Shown in pieces: positions 1 through 8,992 of a stretch of 64,000 bases of DNA. The position numbers were made by a program, and so were the translations under genes. Position 1 is the first letter of the stretch, and each line of letters opens with the position of its first letter. Source of the stretch: SAR116 cluster bacterium AG-447-C21. Lineage in GTDB: Bacteria; Pseudomonadota; Alphaproteobacteria; Thalassobaculales; Thalassobaculaceae. A model generated the notes under the pieces. The model did not search any database and was not told where the DNA came from. It saw nothing but the letters and a program-made list of their open reading frames with translations. Location of the stretch: the NCBI GenBank assembly GCA_003212315.1, contig QCQB01000010.1:1486-65485 (forward strand), read 5' to 3'.

Positions 1-1414
1 AAAAAGGCATAGGATAGATTCCCATCAAAAGAATCAAGCCAATTAAAGGTGACAATACCCCTAAATCCCGAAGGGACAAATCTCTCATGTTAATTGTATT
101 GTGGTTCAGAATTTTGCCAAACAAAACACGTTTGTATACGCATAGCAAGCAAGTAAGTAATAGCATAAAAAGCGCAAAAACAGTTATCAAAGTAAGGAAA
201 CTGTGTTCAATCACTCCAAGAATTATTGAAAGGTTTGCGATAAAACTTGCAGTTCCGGGAACCCCTATAACGGCCAATAAAATAAACACATGTATTATCA
301 AAAACGTTGGAATACCATTCATCAAGTGACCGGGCTCCGCCTTGAGGCGATCGCTAAAAATTTTTATACAAATTATTAGACCAGCCCCTATAAAACTATG
401 ACTCAACATCGCAAAAACACCACCCCGTATCCCGTGTTCACTCAAACTAAATACTCCAATCGTTATCAATCCCATTTGAAAAATTAGTATTAACAAGACA
501 AAACTTTTAAAGTTCTTATAAATCATCAAAATAATTACGGCATACACAGCTATCACTATTGCGAAAACTAACATGTAGGGCGCGAAAAGATTGGTCGCAA
601 CTGGAAAAAGGGGAATGGAAAAACGCAAAAAACCATACACGCCTATCTTGGTCGAAATACAGGTGAGCATAATAAGTGTTCCTATTTCACCATCCTCCTG
701 TTGACTCAGAATTCTTTTATGAAAAGGAAACAACGTCATAATAGTCATAAACGGTATAAAAAAAGCGATAAAAAGCCAGATCTGGTTATTCCTCGAAAAA
801 TTGGCATTGTTGAGAATTATTAAATCAGTAGTATTTTTTGATTCGTAAATAAATAGAACTGCCCCCAAGAGTGGAATAAACATGAGAAAAATATTAATAC
901 CAAAATTGAAAAACGCATGATGTCTGCTATTTTTATTCCACATACCAACCATCAGATGCAAAGGTATAGATGCAGCGATCACAAAACAGGCAAAGAGAAA
1001 AACATCTAAAGCACAAAAACTTCCTATTAATGTAGTTTCTAAAACTAGCAATACGATCATATGCTCTCGCACACGGCTTTTTATGCTTTTCCAGGTAGCA
1101 AAAATACAGATTGGCGTTAAGAGTGCTGCGCAAATTATCAAAAACATTGAAATACCATCTATGCCCAATTGATATTTAATACCAATATTCGAAATCCACG
1201 ACGCCTCTTCTAACATTTGAAAACCGCTACGACTGCGATCAAAATTCACCCAAATAAGAAGGGATACGATTAATGTTGGGATAGTGGTCCATAATGCTAG
1301 ATGCCGACAGCTTCTGCCAACAGCTTCATCTTCACCACGGGTCAACATGATGAAGAAGCATCCAGCCAGTGGAAGAAATGTCACTATAGATAATACTGGC
1401 CAATCATTTGTCAT
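1..1414 (-). CDS. NuoM/ND4-like antiporter-type membrane subunit, divergent; C-terminus runs off the left window edge
   Basis: Not in the supplied ORF track because there is no stop inside the window. I hand-translated the minus strand from ATG (1414) down to nt 2 and found 471 codons with no stop. The N-terminus is MTNDWPVLSIVTFLPLAGCFF. Segments ALWTT, GFQMLEEASWI, GIDGISMFLI, VLETTLIGSFCALD, KIGVYGFLRFSIPLFP and MLSHSF resemble alphaproteobacterial NuoM. The gene starts 10 nt after the NuoL-like stop. Confidence 0.8.
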   Translation of the reverse strand, partial: MTNDWPVLSIVTFLPLAGCFFIMLTRGEDEAVGRSCRHLALWTTIPTLIVSLLIWVNFDRSRSGFQMLEEASWISNIGIKYQLGIDGISMFLIICAALLTPICIFATWKSIKSRVREHMIVLLVLETTLIGSFCALDVFLFACFVIAASIPLHLMVGMWNKNSRHHAFFNFGINIFLMFIPLLGAVLFIYESKNTTDLIILNNANFSRNNQIWLFIAFFIPFMTIMTLFPFHKRILSQQEDGEIGTLIMLTCISTKIGVYGFLRFSIPLFPVATNLFAPYMLVFAIVIAVYAVIILMIYKNFKSFVLLILIFQMGLITIGVFSLSEHGIRGGVFAMLSHSFIGAGLIICIKIFSDRLKAEPGHLMNGIPTFLIIHVFILLAVIGVPGTASFIANLSIILGVIEHSFLTLITVFALFMLLLTCLLCVYKRVLFGKILNHNTINMRDLSLRDLGVLSPLIGLILLMGIYPMPF

Positions 1415-1424
1415 AGCGTTAGCC

Positions 1425-3344
1425 CTATAAAGAGTAACAATGATATAAAATGAATACGATACTCCCAAATAGCATCGCGGTACCGTAATAGCTGATAAAC
1501 TGATGTTTAGTGCCAGTAAACAGGATTTTTATTTGTTTGATATTTTTATGCAAACTGCATTGGCACAATAAACCCGATATGACGGAATAAAGTTCATTAT
1601 AAGATCGGAGATGAGTACGAGAGACAGCATATGATATAACCATCTTATAGAGTTTGTCATAAGGGTTTTTAGCACGACTTCTCGCCAATAACGTTTGGCA
1701 ATTGTCAAGTAAACCAATCCGTAACTCCGGTTTTAAAACATATAAAAAATAAGCTATCACTACCCCACAGAAAAAACTGATGACTAGAGGAACATTAAAT
1801 CTTGTTAATTTTTCTATGTTTTTCCAATCTGTCTCTAGTCTCATTGGACTTGGGATAACGTTGCCCCAAAATGTAGAAGAAATATCTCCAAATACAGTAT
1901 TAAACCCTATCATTCCTGCAAATAAAGTAAGAAAGCTTAAGAAGATTAATTTAACTTTAAATACCCAAGAGACTTTATTTATTTTTGTCTTTACCTCCTT
2001 TTTGTTTCCATGTGCCTTGCGCCAAATAATAAATAAAATCTTGAACCCAAGGAAAGCTGTCATAGCAATCACTAGTAAACTGGCGTAAAACACAAAAGTA
2101 CCAATCGAGGTATTTTGGCGCAGCGATGCTTCTAATATTATTATTCCTGAATAATATGCAGATAAAAATGGAAATCCGGTTAAACTCAACACCCCTAGAC
2201 TGGCTGAAATATAGAAAATAGGCGGCCAGTTCTTGTACTCTACCGGTTGTCCTTTAACAATATTGGAAAAAATACACGGGTTTAATGCGCCACTTGAAAC
2301 AAGTAAAAGTGCCACAACAACTATGACGTTTAAGAAATGAAAAACTCCTCCAATGTATGCAGAGGATCCGCAAGCCACAAAAATGTATCCTAATTGGGAA
2401 AAAATTAAACAAAGTATCATGCGTCCCAAGTCATGGCATAATAAAGCCCTAACAAGTAACAGACTAGACACAAGTAGACCAACAATGGAGAGACTGATTA
2501 AAATATTTGGTGTCCGCTCTATCATTGGAGAAAAACGTATCAGAATGAAAACACCCGCCAAGCCCATACTCACCAGATGGATGAAGGTAACTAACGCAGG
2601 ATTGATCAAAGGTTCCTTTATAAACCATCTTTGAAAACTAAGTTGGGCGCATTTTGTAATGGCAGCAAAAATCAACAAAATATTTAAAACAGTTAATGCA
2701 TCTAGACTACTTCCTAAAAGTTCTAATTTAACATTCTGAGTGATAGAGATGACATAAAAGATTTCATCAAATATTATGGTATCATATGATATGTACGCAG
2801 CCACTAAAACAAACAGGAGAGCGAGGTTGCCTACTCGGTCAACAGCAAACATTTTGATTGCCATTGCCCGGGATAAATCCTTCCTTGACGATATTAAGAG
2901 AAGAGAGGAAATGACTCCAATAAGCTCCCATCCCAAATATAATTGCAGGAAATTATTAGCAGATAAAAATAAAAATACTGCGATAGTAAGAACCGGAAAA
3001 TAAAACAGCAAATTTTTGGTATAGCATCCACTAGTTTTTTCCCAAATTAAATGTAGGTGAATAAACATCAATGCTAATGAGAAAATCGATATCATCAACA
3101 GTGTTAAACTATCAAATCTTAATAAATAGTTTGCAACGAAAGAGCCTGTTTTTATCCATGTGATTATCTGGATGCTTTCGAACCCTTGGTTGTAAATCAT
3201 TTCAATCATGCCGCCAAGGCTTAAAGAAAGCATAGCCACCGCGAGTCCACAGCTAACGCCGTGAATGACTCGTCGAGTAAAAAATCGTGACCTCAAGAGA
3301 AAAATCGATGCTAATAATGGAGCAACAAAAATGCATGCATACAT
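1425..3344 (-). CDS. NuoL/ND5-like antiporter-type membrane subunit, divergent
   Basis: 639-aa polytopic ORF. It contains LYLGWELIGVISSLL (cf. GWEGVG), TKCAQLSF, FIHLVSMGLAGVFILIRFSP and FSQLGYIF, plus a C-terminal long helix and final TM (NPYDKLY ... YYGTAMLFGSIVFIL), as in NuoL. Its position in a J-K-L-M gene order supports the call. Confidence 0.8.
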   Translation of the reverse strand: MYACIFVAPLLASIFLLRSRFFTRRVIHGVSCGLAVAMLSLSLGGMIEMIYNQGFESIQIITWIKTGSFVANYLLRFDSLTLLMISIFSLALMFIHLHLIWEKTSGCYTKNLLFYFPVLTIAVFLFLSANNFLQLYLGWELIGVISSLLLISSRKDLSRAMAIKMFAVDRVGNLALLFVLVAAYISYDTIIFDEIFYVISITQNVKLELLGSSLDALTVLNILLIFAAITKCAQLSFQRWFIKEPLINPALVTFIHLVSMGLAGVFILIRFSPMIERTPNILISLSIVGLLVSSLLLVRALLCHDLGRMILCLIFSQLGYIFVACGSSAYIGGVFHFLNVIVVVALLLVSSGALNPCIFSNIVKGQPVEYKNWPPIFYISASLGVLSLTGFPFLSAYYSGIIILEASLRQNTSIGTFVFYASLLVIAMTAFLGFKILFIIWRKAHGNKKEVKTKINKVSWVFKVKLIFLSFLTLFAGMIGFNTVFGDISSTFWGNVIPSPMRLETDWKNIEKLTRFNVPLVISFFCGVVIAYFLYVLKPELRIGLLDNCQTLLARSRAKNPYDKLYKMVISYAVSRTHLRSYNELYSVISGLLCQCSLHKNIKQIKILFTGTKHQFISYYGTAMLFGSIVFILYHCYSL

Positions 3345-3352
3345 CGGTTAAA

Positions 3353-3670
3353 TCAGTCGTTAATTAAGTTTTGGTCTTCAAAAATTCGAAGACCTTTTTT
3401 TCGAAACGCTGCTATCACCAGAGCCAAACCAATAACGGCGCTGACAGCCGTAATTATTAAGATATAAAAAGTAAATGCTTGTCCATCTAAACTTTTATTG
3501 AAAAAGGAAAACGCAATGAAAGTTATGCATATCGCCACTATCATCAACTGAACCGAAATAAAGATATTAGGTACACTTTTCGGTTTAAATATAAGACCGA
3601 GAGCCCCTAATATGAAGATCCCAGATGCTAACGACAAGTAATGTAATAAGGATATTTCGAACATCATCAA
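3353..3670 (-). CDS. NuoK/ND4L-like small membrane subunit, divergent (both conserved Glu replaced)
   Basis: 105 aa with three predicted TM segments. LLHYLSLASGIFILGALGL and AVIGLALVIAAFRK match the NuoK pattern. It overlaps the upstream J-like gene by 4 nt and lies 8 nt upstream of the L-like gene. Confidence 0.75.
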   Translation of the reverse strand: MMMFEISLLHYLSLASGIFILGALGLIFKPKSVPNIFISVQLMIVAICITFIAFSFFNKSLDGQAFTFYILIITAVSAVIGLALVIAAFRKKGLRIFEDQNLIND

Positions 3671-4293
3671 CTACTATCGGTGTTACTATGATTCTGCTCT
3701 AAGCTTAGGATATTTTTATCTCTTCGCAGAGTTTCGCGTTTCTTTATCGTCAACACCACAAAGCCAATAACAGTAACTAACAGGATCAACATAGTCCCTT
3801 GTGAAATATAAAAATAATCCACGTATAATTTCTCTGCCAATGTATGTAATGATGAAAAAGAGAAAGCGTTAGCACTCAATAGTGCTGAATCTATTGACGA
3901 TAATCGAGAAAATAAATAGGCAACAAACCAAACAGATAATTCTATAAGTAATATTAAAGTAACACTTGCGCTAAGTTTTGAATATTGCGCTACAACTTTG
4001 CGCATTTGATATAAATTCAAATCGAAAATTAATATGCCACAAAAAAATAAGCCAGTTGATATCGTCAAATACAGTATTAGTAACGTCACCGAAATCAGTA
4101 TTGCATCAAGCAAAACAAAAAGCGCCGCCACATTAAACATAATCGCGAATAAGAATATAACAGAACGAATGGGGTCACGTGCCGTTATTGAAAGAACCGA
4201 AAATGCCACAATAATAGAAGCTAAAAGAAAGAAAGTGAGTGCATTGGTCATTGTACATAGCCCTGAACCAGGAATAACAAACTTAAGACTCAC
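3667..4293 (-). CDS. NuoJ/ND6-like membrane subunit, divergent
   Basis: 208 aa. LTFFLLASIIVAFSVLSITARDPIRSVIFLFAIMFNVAALFVLL resembles the NuoJ N-terminus (..V..RNPVHS.L.L....). The real start may be the internal Met at 4251 (MTNALTFF). Its position before the K-L-M-like genes supports the call. Confidence 0.7.
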   Translation of the reverse strand: MSLKFVIPGSGLCTMTNALTFFLLASIIVAFSVLSITARDPIRSVIFLFAIMFNVAALFVLLDAILISVTLLILYLTISTGLFFCGILIFDLNLYQMRKVVAQYSKLSASVTLILLIELSVWFVAYLFSRLSSIDSALLSANAFSFSSLHTLAEKLYVDYFYISQGTMLILLVTVIGFVVLTIKKRETLRRDKNILSLEQNHSNTDSS

Positions 4294-4379
4294 TAATTAC
4301 GAAGTTAAGTCTTCCAATTATAGGCAACTAACTTTCGCTACTAAATCTCTTTTTATGAGACATTCTGACTTGTTTTATA

Positions 4380-4417
4380 CAAGATCATCTCTTGTTCGTC
4401 AAAAAGAGATGATCTTG
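4380..4417 (-). promoter_or_regulatory. Perfect 14-bp stem hairpin in the nqrF to nuoJ-like spacer (possible attenuator, processing site or weak terminator)
   Basis: caagatcatctctt (4380-4393) pairs perfectly with aagagatgatcttg (4404-4417) across a 10-nt loop. The stem is AT-rich. On the transcribed (minus) strand there is no clear U-tract after it. Confidence 0.4.
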
Positions 4418-4495
4418 CCGGTTTAAAAGAGAGTGATACTATAAATACTGATGGAATAGATAGGTAATGTATTCTTGATCAAAAGCGCACAAACA

Positions 4496-5716
4496 CTATC
4501 CACCAAAGTCATCTAACATAATGTCTTCACCATCAACTCCAAGATCTAATAACATGTTGATACACGACTGATTCATCATCGGTGGACCACACATATAAAA
4601 CTCACAGTCCTCAGGAGCTGGATGATCTTTTAAATACTCGTCAAACAGAACATTATGGATAAATCCTGTATGTCCGGTCCATTTATCCTCTTCCACCGCA
4701 TCCGATAACGCTACGTGCCAGGTAAAGTTCTTATTTTCTGCTTGTAATCTGTCAAAATCATCAACATAAAACATTTCGCGCTTTGAGCGGGCTCCATACC
4801 AAAAAGTGATTTTTCTATCAGTTTTGATCCGGTCTAGCTGATCAAGAAGATGACTACGCATGGGTGCCATCCCTGCCCCACCGCCAATAAAAACCATTTC
4901 TTTCTTAGTTTCTCGGGCAAAAAACTCGCCGAACGGTCCCGAAATAGTAACTTCATCACCGGGCTTCAGATTAAAAATGTAGGATGACATCTGCCCAGAG
5001 GGAATACCAGTTGATCCTGGCGGCGGTGAAGCTATGCGAACATTTAACATGATGATGCCCTTTTCTTCAGGGTAGTTGGCCATCGAATAAGCTCTTTCTA
5101 CTGGTTCTGTTACCTCTGAATTAAAGTCCCAAATTTTAAACCGGTCCCAATCCTCATGATATTCTTCGGCTACATCAAAATCTCTGTAAGAAAGTGAATA
5201 TGCTGGTGCTTCTATTTGAATATACCCGCCTGCCCTGAAATCAACATCCTCTCCCTCAGGGAGTTCTAGAACAAGTTCCTTTATAAAAGTGGCGACATTC
5301 TCGTTACTACGAACCCTGCAAACCCACTTCTTTACCCCAAAAACTTCCTCAGGAACCTCAATCTCCATATCCTGTTTAACTGCAACCTGACACGATAGGC
5401 GATCACCGCATGCTGCATCCCTTTTTGTGATATGTCCCTCCTCAGTAGGCAGAATGGAACCGCCACCAGAATGTATTTTTACTCTACACTGGGCACATGT
5501 TCCCCCGCCACCGCAAGCAGACGGAACAAACAGTTTCTCTGTAGCTAAAGTTTGGAGCAACTTGCCACCAGCTGGAACACTAACAGTTTTTTCTCCATTA
5601 ATGGTAATATTTACGTCGCCGGTAGAAACTAGTTTATTCTTAGCGAACATTATAACGGTCACCAGGGTGATTACTATCATCGTAAAAAAAACGATACCTA
5701 GTGTAAAAGTTTCCAT
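4496..5716 (-). CDS. nqrF: Na+-translocating NADH:quinone oxidoreductase subunit F
   Basis: 406 aa with an N-terminal TM. It has the 2Fe-2S ferredoxin motif [14 protein letters not shown], an FAD/NAD-binding C-terminal region ([17 protein letters not shown]) and ends in DDFGG. Confidence 0.95.
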   Translation of the reverse strand: METFTLGIVFFTMIVITLVTVIMFAKNKLVSTGDVNITINGEKTVSVPAGGKLLQTLATEKLFVPSACGGGGTCAQCRVKIHSGGGSILPTEEGHITKRDAACGDRLSCQVAVKQDMEIEVPEEVFGVKKWVCRVRSNENVATFIKELVLELPEGEDVDFRAGGYIQIEAPAYSLSYRDFDVAEEYHEDWDRFKIWDFNSEVTEPVERAYSMANYPEEKGIIMLNVRIASPPPGSTGIPSGQMSSYIFNLKPGDEVTISGPFGEFFARETKKEMVFIGGGAGMAPMRSHLLDQLDRIKTDRKITFWYGARSKREMFYVDDFDRLQAENKNFTWHVALSDAVEEDKWTGHTGFIHNVLFDEYLKDHPAPEDCEFYMCGPPMMNQSCINMLLDLGVDGEDIMLDDFGG

Positions 5717-5729
5717 ATCTTACTTTCTC

Positions 5730-6338
5730 CTATAATTTCACACCGGAAAAACACATAAACCCCATAGCCATAAGGCCAGCTGTGATGAAAGTTATACCGA
5801 GCCCTTGCAGGCCATCTGGTATATCACTGTATTTCAATTTCTCCCTAACTCCTGCCATTGTTGCAATTGCTAAGGCCCAACCAAAGCCGGATGCCAACCC
5901 ATACGTTGTGGACTCGGCAAAGTTATAATCCCGCTCAACCATAAATAACGAACCACCAAGGATCGCACAATTAACTGTGATAAGTGGTAGAAATATACCC
6001 AAAGCGTTATACAGTGGGGGGAAATATTTATCCAAAGTCATCTCAACAATTTGGACCATAGCAGCTATAACCCCTATATACGAAATGAGCCCAAGAAAAG
6101 TTAGATCAACATCCGGAAAGCCTGCCCAAGATAAAGCCCCTGGCTTCAGAAGATAAGTCAAAATTAAATTGTTTGCCGGCACTGTAATAACTTGCACTAC
6201 CATAACCGACAATCCCAAACCGATAGCCGTCTCTATCTTCTTTGAAACAGCTATGAACGTGCACATACCCAGAAAAAAGGATAGGGCTAGATTTTCAACA
6301 AAGATCGCTTTAACGGCCAGAGAAACAAGATCGCCCAT
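5730..6338 (-). CDS. nqrE: Na+-NQR subunit E
   Basis: 202-aa polytopic protein in the RnfA/NqrE family pattern ([16 protein letters not shown] ... [10 protein letters not shown]). It sits at the expected position in the nqr operon. Confidence 0.9.
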   Translation of the reverse strand: MGDLVSLAVKAIFVENLALSFFLGMCTFIAVSKKIETAIGLGLSVMVVQVITVPANNLILTYLLKPGALSWAGFPDVDLTFLGLISYIGVIAAMVQIVEMTLDKYFPPLYNALGIFLPLITVNCAILGGSLFMVERDYNFAESTTYGLASGFGWALAIATMAGVREKLKYSDIPDGLQGLGITFITAGLMAMGFMCFSGVKL

Positions 6339-6991
6339 TAATGCTCCTCCACCACCTGGATCTTAAACTCTCTTTCCTCAACCTGGGCCGGTTTCCATGT
6401 TCGCGCCGCCCAGATTAGCAATCCAATGATGAAAAACGCTGATGGGGGGAGTAAAAGCAACCCGTTTGGCACATACCAGCCGCCATTATTTACCGACTCC
6501 AAAATTGTTATCCCGAACAGCGAGCCTGATCCAAAAAGTTCGCGCACAACTCCAACCAGCATCAACAACAAGCCATAACCCAACCCATTGCCTATACCAT
6601 CTAAAAAAGAAGCTAGTGGAGGGTTTTTCATCGCAAATGCTTCCGCCCTGCCCATTACAATACAATTAGTAATAATTAATCCTACGAATACTGATAAGGT
6701 TTTTGAAATCTCAAAAGCAAAAGCTTTAAGTATCTGGTCAACAAGTATTACAAGCGAGGCAATTATGACCATTTGCACAATGATACGAATGGAACTAGGG
6801 ATGTAATTTCGAAGAAATGATATAGACATTGACGAAAAACCACATACCGCAATCACCGCTATTGACATCACTAATGCAACCTGAAGAGAAGACGTCACAG
6901 CCAAGGCTGAGCAAATCCCTAAAACTTGTAAGGTTATTGGATTATTATCAACTAGTGGATCTACCAATAGTTCTTTTTTTGTTTGTGCCAT
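6338..6991 (-). CDS. nqrD: Na+-NQR subunit D
   Basis: 217 aa in the NqrD/RnfE pattern ([18 protein letters not shown] ... [13 protein letters not shown]). Its ends share 1 nt with the neighbouring genes. Confidence 0.9.
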   Translation of the reverse strand: MAQTKKELLVDPLVDNNPITLQVLGICSALAVTSSLQVALVMSIAVIAVCGFSSMSISFLRNYIPSSIRIIVQMVIIASLVILVDQILKAFAFEISKTLSVFVGLIITNCIVMGRAEAFAMKNPPLASFLDGIGNGLGYGLLLMLVGVVRELFGSGSLFGITILESVNNGGWYVPNGLLLLPPSAFFIIGLLIWAARTWKPAQVEEREFKIQVVEEH

Positions 6992-7797
6992 CAGGCTGCT
7001 CCTGCCTTTAAATTAGATATGAAAGCCGCGAAACCAGATTTACCCATCCAAAATTTTACTAAATTATCGACCCCATCTGAAGTCAATGTAGCACCAGCAA
7101 GTGCGTCTATGTGATGTTCTTTTACCTTTGCCACCTTTGCAACCTGTATCATTAGGTTACCCGCCTCGTCTCGCAGTTTTTTCCCTTGCCATTGGGCTTT
7201 CCATCTAGGATTGTCGACTTCGGCACCCAACCCGGGTGTCTCGGCATGATCATAAAATTGGAGGCCAAATATATCATTTCCATTTTCCTCTAACGCTATG
7301 AATCCATAAAGCGTAGACCAAAGTCCATATCCGTAAATCGGCAATATTATTTTATCCAAAGATCCGTCTTTATTTTTGAGGAGATAAACAGTGGTGAAGT
7401 TTGGTTTACGACCTATTGATGCAGGGTCTTCTTGTAATTCCGAACTCATGCTTGGGTCTTTTGCTGCGGCACGCTCATCAAAACTTGCAATATCTATAGC
7501 GTCGGTGAACTTGCCCGTTCTCATGTCAACTATACGAGGCTCAAATGAAGAAAAAACCGCCCCCACATCAACGCCCTCTTTGTAAAGGCCCGCTACTTGC
7601 AGGATATTAACTTTTTTATCTAGAGCTTTATTATATACCTGAATAGGACGCAGGTTCACCGCCGCGAAAGCAACTATCATGGAACAAAAAAGGCAGAGTG
7701 TAACAGCTACGAATATTGTTTTAGGAGTACTGTCAACAGGCAAAGCAATTAATTTACCCCACAAAGTACTGGGTTCTCTATCAGGCATTTCGCGCAA
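6991..7797 (-). CDS. nqrC: Na+-NQR subunit C (FMN-binding)
   Basis: 268 aa with a single N-terminal TM. The covalent-FMN attachment motif is present as [12 protein letters not shown]. Confidence 0.9.
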   Translation of the reverse strand: MREMPDREPSTLWGKLIALPVDSTPKTIFVAVTLCLFCSMIVAFAAVNLRPIQVYNKALDKKVNILQVAGLYKEGVDVGAVFSSFEPRIVDMRTGKFTDAIDIASFDERAAAKDPSMSSELQEDPASIGRKPNFTTVYLLKNKDGSLDKIILPIYGYGLWSTLYGFIALEENGNDIFGLQFYDHAETPGLGAEVDNPRWKAQWQGKKLRDEAGNLMIQVAKVAKVKEHHIDALAGATLTSDGVDNLVKFWMGKSGFAAFISNLKAGAA

Positions 7798-8989
7798 TCC
7801 TCCGTTTAATATTGGCTTGAACCACGAAATAATCGATTAATGGCGCGAACATATTTGCGAATAGGATAGCTAACATCATTCCCTCAGGGAAAGCCGGATT
7901 TAGCACTCTTATCATGACAACCATAAAACCAATCAACGCGCCATAGAAGTAACGTCCGACATTAGTATGACTAGCAGATACAGGCTCGGTCACCATAAAA
8001 CAAAGTCCAAATGCATAGCTACCTAAAACTAAATGCCAGTACCAAGGCATAGCAAACATAGGGTTAGTGTCAGACCCTATCCAATTAAGCAATAAAGAGA
8101 ACCCAATCATTCCACCTAGGCAACCAACTACCATCCGATAATTAGCTATTTTTGTAACCAACAGGAATGCTAAACCAACAAAACAAGCTAATGTAGATGT
8201 TTCACCAAGCGAACCTTGGATTGTTCCATAGAAAGCATCCCACCACGTTATGCCTTCTATCGCGAGGCTTTCAATCCCTCTGGCAGCTGACAAACCCAAA
8301 GCTGTAGCCCCAGAGAACCCATCCACCGGCGTCCATATCGCATCTCCCGACATATTTGCAGGATACGCAAAGTATAGGAAAGCCCTGCCTGTAAGAGCGG
8401 GGTTTAGGAAGTTTTTCCCTGTTCCTCCGAAAACTTCCTTTCCGATAACTACACCAAACGCTATTCCTAATGCCACCTGCCATAGTGGCGCTGAAGCCGG
8501 CATCGTAAGAGCAAAGAGCATAGAGCTAACCAAAAACCCTTCGTTAACTTCATGACCACGTACTGTGGCAAAAACTACTTCGCAAATTCCTCCTGCCACC
8601 AGCGTTACTATATATATTGGCATGAAATAAAGCATTCCATGTAACATATTACCCAGTATGCTATCCGGATTAAGGCTGACCCCTAACATCTTTATTACAA
8701 AGATTCTCCAGCCAACGTGGCTGGTATCACCTAGTTCCGCTAATCCAATATTTGTTTGCAAACCAGTATTATAAAAGGCCCACAATATGCACGGGATCGT
8801 TGATATCACGACATAAGTCATGATGCGCTTCATATCTACAAAACTTCTGGCATGGGGCGCTGCTTTGGTTACAGATTTACCGGTATATAAAATAGTCTCT
8901 ATCATTTCATAGATTGGATAGTACTTCTCGTATCTTCCGCCCTTTTCAAAATTCGGTTCAATGTTATCGAAGAAACTACGTAATCCCAC
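7781..8989 (-). CDS. nqrB: Na+-NQR subunit B
   Basis: 402 aa. The N-terminus MGLRSFFDNIEPNFEKGGRYEKYYPIYE is typical of NqrB. It has the FMN-attachment region DGFSGATALG and is polytopic. Confidence 0.9.
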   Translation of the reverse strand: MGLRSFFDNIEPNFEKGGRYEKYYPIYEMIETILYTGKSVTKAAPHARSFVDMKRIMTYVVISTIPCILWAFYNTGLQTNIGLAELGDTSHVGWRIFVIKMLGVSLNPDSILGNMLHGMLYFMPIYIVTLVAGGICEVVFATVRGHEVNEGFLVSSMLFALTMPASAPLWQVALGIAFGVVIGKEVFGGTGKNFLNPALTGRAFLYFAYPANMSGDAIWTPVDGFSGATALGLSAARGIESLAIEGITWWDAFYGTIQGSLGETSTLACFVGLAFLLVTKIANYRMVVGCLGGMIGFSLLLNWIGSDTNPMFAMPWYWHLVLGSYAFGLCFMVTEPVSASHTNVGRYFYGALIGFMVVMIRVLNPAFPEGMMLAILFANMFAPLIDYFVVQANIKRRIARNA

Positions 8990-8992
8990 TTC

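Noticed and set aside
87-1133. Track ORFs 87-329 (+) and 933-1133 (-) in the leftmost 1.4 kb
   Set aside because: Both lie inside, or antisense to, the uninterrupted 471-codon minus-strand NuoM-like frame that I translated by hand. They show no family resemblance and are best explained as spurious.
4034-4426. 130-aa plus-strand ORF overlapping the nuoJ-like gene and the nqrF spacer
   Set aside because: It is antisense to a membrane-protein gene with clear NuoJ resemblance, has lysine/serine-rich low-complexity composition and no recognisable motifs.
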